64,000 nt of DNA from Vermamoeba vermiformis (lineage: Eukaryota): the NCBI GenBank assembly GCA_045837725.1, contig JBEWZL010000213.1, positions 62,001 to 126,000 of the forward strand, read 5' to 3'. Position numbers and translations under genes: made by a program. The notes under the pieces are model-generated. The model worked only from the letters and a program-made list of their open reading frames with translations, was not told the DNA's origin and ran no database searches. This document shows, piece after piece, positions 12,948 to 24,900 of the stretch (positions within the stretch are counted from its first letter, which is position 1; each line of letters opens with the position of its first letter).

Positions 12948-13720
12948 ATCGCGTAGTTGTTATCAAAAATAATCAAAAATAATGTTATGTTTACGCGTGT
13001 CGTTAAGTAATGAATTCACCAGAATCAGATGAGAAATTTCTAGACGAAAAAACGGAACACCAGAACTGCACGTGTCCATATGCATCGGTTACCAATTATT
13101 GTAATTAGATCGCTGCGAAAGAAGCTTTGTTGGCCAACCACCCGAAATTTCCTCCGATCTAGATCAGATCAGCTCCAAGCACCGACCTTATCGATAAACA
13201 AATCCTCTATTAGAAATAATACATATGCCAAATCTAGCAACGCTTAGATTTAAACGCGTTCAGGCAAAGGAAATTGCAGGCGATTCTAGTACAAACGAGC
13301 GATGGATCTACAAGCATTTCTAGGCCGTTGCTTCGCTCCCAGCAGTGATACAGGAGTGCCCACAACAATAACAGTGCGTGGTATAACCATTACCTTCCGT
13401 TCAATTCATGGAAACGATATTTCGGCGAGGATAAACGACGTTCAATTTAGGCGATGGAAATTAGTACCAGCTATTTCTGGGCCTTCTGATATCGAATCGA
13501 TGAAGGACGATGTCTTGATATTTTTCTTTCAGACGGAAGCAGCGGAGCAAAGTGTCCTTTCATGAACGAATGATTTCCTTATTGGGAAGTATCGCGACGA
13601 CGTGCTAAGGTCAGCATTTTGTTTTGATTATTTAACTTTAATTTCAATTTTATCTTCGTGCGAGGTACCTCAATTAAATACTTTAAAATTCAAGTTCAAA
13701 ACCGGAAGCGGATCTTCAAA

Positions 13721-14208
13721 ATGAACCGATCGGACTCATCAGCAACGACTGCCACGACTGTAATTGCCGCTATTGGCACCTTAGTAATGTTATCAGCCCT
13801 TATTTGGGGTTTTACCGTAGGAAGCTTTTGGGCGGAGGTAATCATTAAAAATTTAATTCAAAAATAGTAATTATTTATAAATTCGATTCTAACGATAAAA
13901 AATAGGGAAAAATCTTGATTGGCTTACCTTGGGGCGTTATTTCCATTATTGACGTGTAAGCACTTTTTAAAAGTCCGAGATCGAAGAACGGATCTAATTT
14001 TTTTCTCCGTAGCTACACCGGAATTATGCTCTTCAGCGTGTGGGTCATCTACAGAGAAAACAACATTATTATTCCGCTCGCTTGGATTTTATTCTTCATT
14101 GTCTGGGGCAATTTTGGCACATCTCTTTACCTTTTCATCGCCGCCCTTCGATCTGGTGGCAACATCAAGCAACTCTTGCTCGGTGCTCGACACTACGAGA
14201 GAGATTGA
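13721..14208 (+). CDS. Small multi-pass membrane protein, DUF1475-like
   Basis: Three exons splice to ...ALIWGFTVGSFWAE|GKILIGLPWGVISIIDV|YTGIMLFSVWVIYRE...WILFFIVWGNFGTSLY, matching my recollection of the DUF1475 pattern (PW..S..D.Y.G..LFS.W..YRE). Confidence 0.7.
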
Positions 14209-14636
14209 GGAATTGCAAGCTGCTTAATTTGTTGTAGATAACGATAAGATAGAATTTCGAGAATAAAATTGTTCCGTATTTTTGTTAAATGCTCTTTATT
14301 TGTTTATTGTGCCTAACACATTTGGCCTTGGATTACGTGTTTTATTTGCTTTTGAGCTTATCCAACACGTTTCCACTAATAGTGTATGATCTACGAAAAC
14401 GAGCACTGTGATGTGAGTGTAGAAAATGTACCCACCGCAACTTGTTATTTTAGTGCCAGTTCGCTATATATAGTTTGATTATTACCTGTTTTGGAATAAA
14501 TGGCGTCTAGATCAGCTGTTGTATTCTGCAAGTGCAGTTGCACACGTGCCCACTCAGCTGGCCAGCAGCAATCTTCAACAAGGTCAGGTCGGCAATTAGA
14601 TGATGGGCAGTCAGCTGCAGTGTCTGACAGTGAGCA

Positions 14637-17259
14637 TCAAGGTGAGTGTGGAAGAGGTAGCTGTGGTCCTCCCACAGCATTAGGAGCTACAAGTAAGGCT
14701 CTCTCTGCTTCAGCAAAGAATCTATCTAATTCTTCGTCAAAGTCACAGTCTTCTGACAATAAATACTTTTCAACTGCAGAGATGAAAAGATAATCATCTT
14801 GAGTGTTTGATGGAGCTATCTGTTACATATTAGTTTGCATTCTTATTTAACAAATTTAAACTTGCATTCTGAGCATAATCAAAGTCAATCACATGCACTT
14901 TCTGCAGAACTGAACACCATAGGATATTTTGTGGGTGCAAATCACAGTGTGAGTATCCAAGCAAGTGCAGCTGGAAAACAAACTCTCTAAGCTGTGTCAT
15001 TATTGTCTGTGCATCAGTAATGTCAACTGGCCGGATCAATGAGGCTAAAGTAGCACCCTCCATGAATGTTGTTAATAAACATGAATGTCCAATAACTTCA
15101 CCACTGAGTAGAAGACATGGAATGTTATCAAATTTGACCAGGTCATGAAGAGCCTTCATTTCTTTTTCAATTTTGTCATGGTTTGAACTCATCTTCAAGA
15201 TGCAGGTCTTTCCTTGATAATTGACTTTCAGGACAGCTGTCACACTGTCCAGTTTCAGTGGCTCAAGCAAAGTGACTTCTGTGCATTTGTCTGGTAGTGA
15301 TTTGACTTCAATTGATGGGCCAAGTTCATGAGAAAATACATTGACTTTTCTCTCTACTTTGACTTTAGAAGCCATACGCCACAAAAGCAAGTAAATAACT
15401 TCTAATATTTCTTCTGGTTGTTCAACACTTAGGTTGCCATATTTGCAGGACTCATTGCATGCCACTACAATGATTTTTTCAGATGTAGTCCAACCATCAT
15501 TATGTGGTGTTATCCAATTAATGCCAAATCTTCCATTGAGATCTGTAACAATAACAATCAATTCTTCAAAATTGGAGGCCTCAGTTATCCTTTTCATTGT
15601 TAATCCATATGCAACATCATAATACTTTTTGAATGCATCTAAAACCTCCTCTTGAAAATTAGACTTAACATCCCAATATAATCGGGGTGCACAATGATTT
15701 CCTTGTTCAGAGAGATACTTGTTAAACCTGATAATAATTATTTGTGTGAAACGAAGTTTGAGTTGCTTACTGCTTTCTCCATTCTCTCTCAGCTTCAGGC
15801 AAGTTGCTTGTAGCACTCTTAGTTGGACCCAGCTCTAACATAGGCTTGGGTTCAGCAGAGTCTTCTTCAATCTCACCTTGCTTCTGCAACACAATGTCAG
15901 CAAATCTCAAACATAATGCAGCAAATACCTCAGATCGGTACTTTTTCCTTGGTATTGATGGGCTATTCTCTCGCTTGCGTTTTCTCCCACCAACTTGTAG
16001 GGTTTCCAATGTGGACAGAACATCAGGAACTCCTGAGAGATTGGAGTTGCCCATCTGAGATACATAGTTGGAACAATTTGATGGTAGAGGCAGTTCTGAG
16101 AGTACATAAGCCAATCTCAAGGCCTTTTCATTGTGAGTTGCATCATAATTACACAACTGAGCTGCTAGGTCTTGCTTTTTTTTTGCAGAGATGCTGTTGT
16201 ATTCATTCTTTACTGCATCTTCCCCAGTATCTCTTAAGTGCTGAAGAAAATCTTTGAACTCCATTTGGGAAGCAAATTTGGCAATTGTGGCCACGTGATC
16301 TTCATTCTTCACTACAGAAGATCCTTTTGGATTTATAATGACGTTGTATCTTTTTTTGCCGATGTTTGAGTAACGGGTACGTGCAACATTCCTTTCTTGT
16401 ATCTCGCGTTCGCGTTCAACCTGTTTAAGTTCAAACTGTTGACGCAGCTCTCGTTCGCGTTCAGGCCATTCAAGTTCAAACTGTCTTTCGCGCTCAACCT
16501 GTTTAAGTTCAATCTGTTGACGCAGCTCTCGTTCGCGTTCAGGCCATTCAAGTTCAAACTGTCGTTCGCGTTCAACCTGTTTAAGTTCAATCTGTTGACG
16601 CAGCGCTCGTTCGCGTTCAGGCCATTCAAGTTCAAACTGTCGTTCGCGTTCAACCTGTTTAAGTTCAATCTGTTGACGCAGCGCTCGTTCGCGTTCAGGC
16701 CATTCAAGTTCAAACTGTCGTTCAATCCGTTGACGCAGCGCTCGTTCGCGTTCAGCCAACTGTCGTTCGCGTTCAGCCAACCGTCGTTCGCGTTCAGCCC
16801 GTTCAAGTTCAAACTGACACAGCTCTCGTTCCAACTGTTGCCGTAGCTCTTGTTCAAGCTCGTCCTCCCTCTTATACTTTTCGAGGAGCTTTGCTTCTAA
16901 ATTATTCTAATTAGAAACTCGAATTCGAAAAAAATATTGCTACCCGATTCAAATTACCCTCGTTTGGATTCCAAATTAAAATAATTACAATTAAGAATTT
17001 TCTGGGCGTGGTAGTCCTTACCTCTAACTGACCAGAGAAAAGAAATAATAATAATTATTCCAAATTGAATTAATTTGATTCTCAAATGCGCAGGGGGAAT
17101 TTGAATTAGGTCAATATAATTCCATATTTCAATAATAAAGGCGCTATATACTAAAGTAAATCAAAATACGAATTATAGACGATTATCATTTCGTAAATCC
17201 GGATCAATTGGTTTCAAAGAGAACACCGTACCGTCTCCTTCCAGGGGAATTGCCGACAT
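14637..17259 (-). CDS. Coiled-coil repeat + atypical protein kinase (Crinkler/effector-like accessory gene)
   Basis: ORFs 15767-16834 and 14830-15816 join through a GTAAGC...TATCAG intron. Kinase motifs CILK..EKE, HCDLHPQNIL and VIDFD. A GC-AG intron at 14820-14865 gives the last exon. The 5' exon (ATG 17259) is tentative. Confidence 0.7.
16409..16800 (-). repeat. Coding tandem repeat: 4 x 78 bp (26 aa RQFELEWPERERxLRQQxELKQVERE) plus ~3 x 21 bp (AERERxL)
   Basis: Near-identical repeat units are directly visible in the DNA and in the translation. Confidence 0.95.
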
Positions 17260-17431
17260 ATTTCCTGACTATCCTTATGTGCTCCTCTCGAATAATAACA
17301 GAAAATAAAAGTCACCGCCAAAACAATGTTTTTTTGCAACTTGGTTTATTCCAAACAAACAGGTCGCAATACTGGAATTCAGGTTTACACGCGTCCACTG
17401 ATAGCAGAGTGTAAGGCAGAAAGTACTATCT

Positions 17432-18881
17432 TTAGGACGATGACTCTTGCGCTCGATCTAGAATTAAATTTCGCAAGTCGTGCATTGCCGGCAATATTAA
17501 GTGTCCGTAGCCCTAGTAATATGTATTAATACGCTTTGTAACACTGCAAACTACTTACATAATATAATTTAAGTCGTGCATTGGGAACAGTCGCGTTATG
17601 GTAGGCGTTGTCGACAGTTGCATTTTTGTCTTCCGTGCCTAACACAAAATTAATCCGTAAATACAAAGACCATATATGGAGCATGGAGGTATCGCCTACC
17701 GTGCAATACTAAAGTAGGAACAGTAATATCGTTCATGGGCACGTTATCCAAGGTGTTATAAAGTGCCTCGTCGTTGTTCCAACCGTCAATTCTTCTCGAA
17801 GTAAAACACGTGCCAGACTTTAATAATTCCACGAGCCGAGAGTGAGCGCCGGGTACTGTCTTTAGGTACTTCTTTTCTTCGGGAATTGGCAATAGGGAAG
17901 GTAGTAATGACGGGTACCGTTGCAGTAAAAACACGAGGACGTTACAAAAACTGTCGTGCTTGAAGAACCACATTTGAATCTTTTTTGCTAACGGCGACAT
18001 TTTTCTAAAGGCTTCTATGGGCTTTGAAATAGCGCTAAGCATAACTAACTGGTCGCAACTAAACGAATGGTTGATAAGCGGATCTTGACGCGAGACTGTA
18101 TAACTTACATATCCGGGTTTTGACGTGCAAATGAAGCTGCATGAGGCCCACCGCCACTTACACCAATTACCATAACTTTGTTTTTCCTAAATAAGCAGCA
18201 GTGGTGAGAAGATTATCAGCAAAAGGTGCGCATCCGCTGCTTACAATTTTCTTTCCTCGGTAATCCGCAGAACAAACGTACGCAAAATATTACTGTATTC
18301 TATTGCTTGACTAGATTTTTCGGTCACAGTACTGTTCAAATAACCAGGACGAGATGGCAAAATAAATGTCACTTTGGATTTCAAGAGCTCGATTTCTTCT
18401 GGGACTGGTTCGAATGTATTTGATGAGTTAGCATATGCAACTAAATAATCATATTAGTTTAAGCGTTATAGATGCATTTTGGATTATTTGACATTGTAAT
18501 CGAAAATCTTTTAATTTTCCTTACGTGTTTCGGCAACCCAAAGCCCTTGGTCAAAACCACCAGGCATTCCATGAAGTACCTAAAGATAATTATTAATTAA
18601 TTTTCGTTGCTTGCGTAACCGAGTTTCCTCACCAAGATCGGATATTCTCCGTCTCCGTAAGTCGTGTATTGAATCGTGTCTGCTCCAATGGCTTTTGTTG
18701 AACTAAGAGTTTGTAATTTATTATAAATTTCGGCTTTGAATGCTGTGTATTTGCGCCACATCCAAAACCACCAGATGCCGATCGCAACGCCACCAGCTAC
18801 AGCTGCTGATCGCCAATGCGCTTTAGAAGCATCCAATGAATAATATGCGTATTTTTTAACGAGTTCTGTGTATTGCTGCAT
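17432..18881 (-). CDS. Alpha/beta-hydrolase with N-terminal membrane anchor
   Basis: TM segment AVAGGVAIGIWWFW, oxyanion motif VLHGMPGG, nucleophile elbow GVSGGG, acid motif VLHGTED, and His in GYGH. Stop at 17432-17434. Confidence 0.85.
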
Positions 18882-18975
18882 TGGGTATTTTTCGAATTTA
18901 GTTGGAAAAGTACATCAACGTAATAAATTGCAACAGCTTAGCACTGTTCTGTTATTTTAAAGTTGGTTCGTCATA

Positions 18976-21900
18976 ATGGAAAAGAACGACCAGCAAAACA
19001 GGTATGTACGCAGTAGGTCATTTCCTGTAAACACGATCCAGTCGTTGCAAAAAATATTATTGGTTAGTTTAAATAATTTGATTAAGCTTTGATAATATTA
19101 GTGATCCACTGCCCGAGGTAGAGGAGGAGGTTGCTTCGATCCAACAAGTAAGTCTTGATTTTTGCAAGATTTTTAATTCTTTAGGCCTCTGTTTGCGTTA
19201 ATATTAATTTGATAATATTTAGAATACAAATGAAGTCCAAATATCACAAAAATCAACGCAATATCGATTAGCACCGTCCACGATCGGCCACTATTTCCAT
19301 CTGTCTTGTGATCGCTTTTTAGCGTTTAAAACTAGCGGTATTGATTCAATTAGATGGTGCTTTAAGGTAATTAATTTTAATTATTAATTAATAATTGCTA
19401 AGGAATTAATTTATTCCTATTCTTTCAGGACGGTGACGTTTGGAAGACTTACACGCGCGAAGAAAGCGTTTGGATCGAAATGGCGTATTTAAATAATGAA
19501 AAGAAAATTACTTTATCGAATGATAGAACTATAGTATTCAACGAGCTTACAGAAACGAAAAAATCGAAGGATCAAGATCCAGCCGAGTCTAAACCAGTCA
19601 GACGCGGAGTTTGGTTCTTCGAAAACGAGCAAAAAAATCTCGTGCCTTTGTCTGATAGCTTGGTAGCCGAGATTGAGAATGCCAAGAAAAGCGAAGAAAA
19701 GATGTCAAAGCTCGCTGAGGAGTTCAAAACCGTTGAAGGCTTGGCTATGAAAATCAATATTAAAGATAATATTGTCATGATTAAGAAAGAGGAGGACAAG
19801 CTCGTTGAATTGAAATTACAACGAGGACTTTCTGGCGAAGATGAAGTTAAAGACGTTATTGGTAAGTGTCACCCTCGCACGAGTCAAAAAATAGGCCAAA
19901 CCATAACTAATTCCAAATTAGGCAAGGCTCATATCGACAGTGGAGAAGTATGGGAAGAAACAATTGTGCAAACACTACTGACGGAGAGAGGCCACCAAGT
20001 TTTCACTGCAACGAGCAAAGATCAACTCGAGTTGAAACTTTCTGCGCAGAAAATCGAGTACCAAGAGTTCATTACGATATTGAAGACGTTCAAATACGAG
20101 CCTATTGAAGGCAAAAGATATTTCATTTATCAGCCGACCGTGATTATCCCGCAAGAATTCTACGAAAAGTTCAACGTGCCCTCGTACAAAGTCACTTTCT
20201 CGAATTGTTATCCTGACTTTATGGAGCTCAAATGCACCGAAAGTACGTTCATACTCGATCTATATTAATCATAGCTAATACTTGTTCGCAGGTGGTCAAA
20301 TTGAATTGACGGTCGTTGACGCCAAAGCCTCACCGAAGATGAAATTGTCGCATCGAATTCAAGTCGCCATGTACGCGCTGTACTTGGAAGAAGTGTTCAA
20401 GAAAGAAAATATCACGAACATAACTATTTCAACTAATGGTGGTGTTTGGATCAGACCTAATGAGGACTACACGTTATTCGATTTGACGCCTGTCAAACAC
20501 GTGCTTCAAGAATTTTTGAACTGCAATAACATGGACAGCAAACTTCGCTTGATTCTTAACACCGCACTTCACGAGGTTCCTTATCACCTCAACAAACGAT
20601 GCTCGGGATGTCCTTACTTGCCCATTTGTGAAGCACAGGTACGGCAGAAACTTTAATTAACGTCGTTTGATTAACTCACTTTGTATCACAGTCGAACAAT
20701 TCTTTGGATTTGTCATTGGTGAAAGGTATCACTAGACAACGAAAGCAATTTATGGTCGAGTTCTTGCAGAAGTTAGATCAATCGGGTGTCAAGAAAACAA
20801 AGAAATATCCTACTGGTACGTCCTTCAGTAATAATCATTGGCCAAAAAACATTAACGGATTTTTTATTAGTGAATTCTATGGAGAAGAAATCTATCAAGC
20901 GATTGAAAGTTTATGACATCGAAGACTGTCATCAATTATTTGGCGAGTTGTTCCCTAAATCTCCTGCGAGCTTCTTAGGTAAGTTTCCGCGGAACCTATT
21001 CAAGCACGGGTCGATCTGACATCTGACAGATATCAAGCCGAAAGAAAAGCCAAAGAAACGTACGCCAACCAAGGCTAAAGCAAGTGCCTCAGAACCGAAT
21101 ACTCCGGCAAAGGGTGATGCAAATCCAGCTGAGCCACAAACTCCGGTGAAATCAACGGGAACTGATCCAGCGACCCCTGCAACTCCGTCAACACCTCAAA
21201 CTGCAAACACTAACGCGCCCTTGTCTCCTACGACCCCATTCGAGTTGCGAGAGACTATTGGTAGCGCGACCAATGCTCAAGTTTGGATGACTAGAAAGGA
21301 GAAACCGACGGACGAAGTCAACTACGAGAACTTGCCGCAAAGTGTCAAGCTTGAATTATGGGACTTGAAGTGCAAAGTTGATTCGTGGATGACCAAAGAC
21401 ATCGTGTTCTATAACACCGCGGCTCCTGTAAGTAATTTTACCATGAGACTTTAGATGTTTTACTGACCTTGCTAGACGATGACTTCTGAGAGTGACATTT
21501 CAGCCGTGATCAACGTAATTTCTGATCCGCCTTCGGGATCGATTTGTGGCTGGTTCGTACACTTCTCTGTTACCACAAAGAGCTTTGTAAAAGAAGGCCT
21601 GTTGAATGTATTGGCTGAGCAAGTACTCGCTCAAAACGACTTATCGGTACGAATTCTTACGGACTTCTTGCGCAACTCAACTTTTTAACGCTTTAATATA
21701 TAGTTCGTTGAGAATGTGAAGATTGATGGTACCAACTCGATCTTTATTTACGACATGATAAGCCAGCCAAGTCCTCCTGATTCGCAATCTGTTCAACTGT
21801 TAGAAACGAGATTGGTCAAGACTTTGCACGCTTGTCTTAGCGTGCTTTCAATTTACAACACGAAGTACCGCGATGAAGAAGAGAAGAAGGGCAAAAAGCC

Positions 21901-24900
21901 TTCAGAGATCAACAAGAAGTTGATTAAGACCCAATTCTTCACATTTGACTCGTCAGAGTATTACACCTTGAAAAACGTGTTGTTTAGAGCTGCTTCGAGA
22001 CCTCTCCTTCAAGAACTGGCCAACGACCTCATTTTGACTTTAATTAACTCGACGGATGTAAGTTCAGTTCCCAAACTCGGGTATTTTTTGCTTAAAGTTA
22101 ACGAACGTTTCACAGGTGTTGTTCAATGACAAACAGCCGGACTTTGATAGCACGCCTGAATATCCCATTATTGTGCTTAAGAAAGAAATCGACTCCGTTG
22201 TGTCGGTACCATTGCCATTCAACGCAGAATTCAGCGAGTATGTCGCTTCGTTTGGCGGTGATCAAGAACCAGCGCTCAACGCGAAAGAAATTCTCGCCTC
22301 GTGGTACTTGGGATTCCCTGTTAAAGAAATTTCAGCTTTATACAGAAAACGAGCTGAAACCCTTCAATCACTCGTGTTTGGTACGTACATTCATGTTTCA
22401 TGAAACAACTTATTTCTGACACGTGTCAAACAATAGCTTTTGAAAAAACGATTGAAGAGCGCAATCCTTTGGTCATGCCAAGAGCAACGCCTCCCGTAAG
22501 TTTTTTTCGTCAATACAATATTCAATTTTGCTGACGTGTGTTAGTTTTTTATGCGCACTGCAATGGACTTCCAACACCCGTTGTTATCAAAACTTGCGTT
22601 CGTGGTCAAGTTCGAACAGTACATCGCTGGTGCTAAGCGCTCGAACACTCGCAGCTCATTGCTCACAACGATGATGGACAAAACACTCGTTGCCGACAGA
22701 GTTCTGATCGTCAAATTGCACGATGATGGAAAGAAGGCCAAGCCTGAAGCGCCAACTATCAATGCACCTGTCCCCGTTGAAATTCCCGAAGACTTGAGCA
22801 GCTCAAAGTCACCTACTGCCAAAGTGCTACGACCACGCAGAAGATCAACAAAGATCGATAGTGACGAGCTCAATAGCGATCCAGCCCCGTCACAAGACAG
22901 TACGGAAGTCAAAGTTGAAATCGTCGTGGAAGCGCCAAAGGAAAAGATTGAAGAACCTGTTGGTGAGGTACAGCAACAAAGGGTTCGTTACGATCTCGGA
23001 AAAGTAGGAATTAGGAATCGGAATTAGGAATCCGAACCGTTTTTCATTAGGAACCAAATCAAATTTCAGATATTTAAATTCGGAATGAAAAGGTTTTCGA
23101 AATCATATTTTTGATCCGCACCCAGCTACCACTTCTAACCATTTATATAGATAATACTCAACTAAATATGTTATTAGACGCCATAATTTGGCGAAATTGA
23201 GGTCTGCCATGTGGCCTCTTTGACGGAAACGGATACGACCCAATCTGGTTCCTGACGTATTTCTAAACATATATTTGTAATATTTAAGGCCAGCTGAGTG
23301 ATTTTCACTCCATCTCATCGAAAAGTTATTACATTTTCGATAAGAAAACTGAGCCACGATTCAAAACATACTTTCAAATTCAATTCGTGACAAAGTCGGA
23401 ACCAAATTGTAGGAAGAGGTTTTCCGTTCCGACTCCTAAAATTTTCCTAATTCGTAACGGACCCGCAACAAAAGGAACGAGAGGCACATTTGGACGACGC
23501 CAAACTCGAAGAGAGCTGGAAAGAATTGCAAGTTATTTTCCCGGACAAAGACGTTAGTGAGCTGAAAGCACTTCTCATCGCCAATCACGGACAACTTCAA
23601 ATCGTCGTGGAATCTCTTCTCGGAGAGAAAGGTCCTGCTCCCGAAGCCGTTGTTCATCCAGCGGAACAATCCGATGATAAGACACCTGTGAAGACTGCAC
23701 CAAAGAAACGAGCAGCAGCTGGATCGGCTAAGAAGAAAACACCTGCCAGCCGCGCAAAGAAATCAACATCGTCGGAAGAGACCTCCGAAGACAAGCCAGT
23801 TGAGGACAAGAACAATTGGGTCAGATTTGATGTTGTTGACTTTTCCGAGAACTTGCGTATTGAAGTCGATAGAGCTATTGGCACTTATAACTGGCTCATT
23901 GCACGCGTTGACGAGCGAGGTGTCAAAGATTTGCTCAAGTACAACGACTTTGTCAACCGTGAAAAATGGGGTCCTGCATTCGGTACGCAAAAAAATTCGC
24001 CTTATATCTCATTCTTATTAATATAACGTTCTATGAACATATTAGGTACTACTGTTGCATTTGCCAAAATAGAAAATATCGATGAGCGCAACAAGACGAT
24101 TGGTGTCAGCGCGAAATTTCAATCGTACGCGTCAGGAGTGTTCTCGTCGGACTGCTATTACATCATGACTGAACGACACGCTGATTTGTTGTCCAAATAT
24201 GTCTTAGAAACTTTGAAAGAGGTCGACTTGATCGATGAACTGCAAAAGGTCCTGAAGCCTTATTTGGAAGACAAACAGCTCATCGCGTGGTTGGAGACAG
24301 CTTGCTTCGAGCTATCACAGTTGCCTAAAAAGGATAAAGCCACACTGTTGGTGCCACCCGAGTTCAAGACGCAAATGGCTCCGCTCGAAATTCCGTTGAA
24401 ATTCACGGTCGCAAAGGGCAAGAAAAAATCAGAAGATGACGATGACGCGAGTGCTGTCCGATTTGCATCTGTGCTGCCTGATGCTGCGATGCATTTCCGA
24501 GCTATTTATCTTGCCATTCAAGAGCTGTACGGCATCATCACGACCAGCGGCTTGTATTTGCAGCTTTTAGAAGACCCAATTCTATGGGGCCGCAATTCAC
24601 CCGAAGGAAAAGAAGCCGTTGATTCACCTTCGTCAAAGTAAGTCCTATTTCAGTCTCATAACGGTCAATTAATATAATATTTCCTTATTAGGAAAGCGTT
24701 GCAATTAGTTGAAGACGTGTCAGGAGGTCTTTTCACTGAAGCACAAGCGAATGTGTTCAAACAAGTCGTCAACAAGAAGTTGCAATTGATTTGGGGTCCA
24801 CCTGGCACCGGCAAAACCCACTTCTTAGCCACGACTGTTGTGTTGTTAGCCGAAGCTCATCGCTTTGCCCAAGTAGCGCCCGTTGAAAAGACCGCAGAAA

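Noticed and set aside
13302-13565. 87-aa ORF upstream of the DUF1475-like gene
   Set aside because: No motif, splice support or codon signature.
15729-15816. Apparent frameshift between ORFs 15767-16834 and 14830-15816
   Set aside because: A normal GTAAGC...TATCAG intron joins them in frame, so this is neither a pseudogene nor recoding.
16409-16721. CRISPR-like periodic array
   Set aside because: There are no unique spacers; it is a head-to-tail coding repeat. The Cas4-like nuclease nearby is part of a helicase fusion, not a cas locus.
16333-16857. Overlapping long ORFs (N/L-rich on minus, F/K-rich on plus)
   Set aside because: They are shadows of the 78-bp tandem repeat read in other frames.
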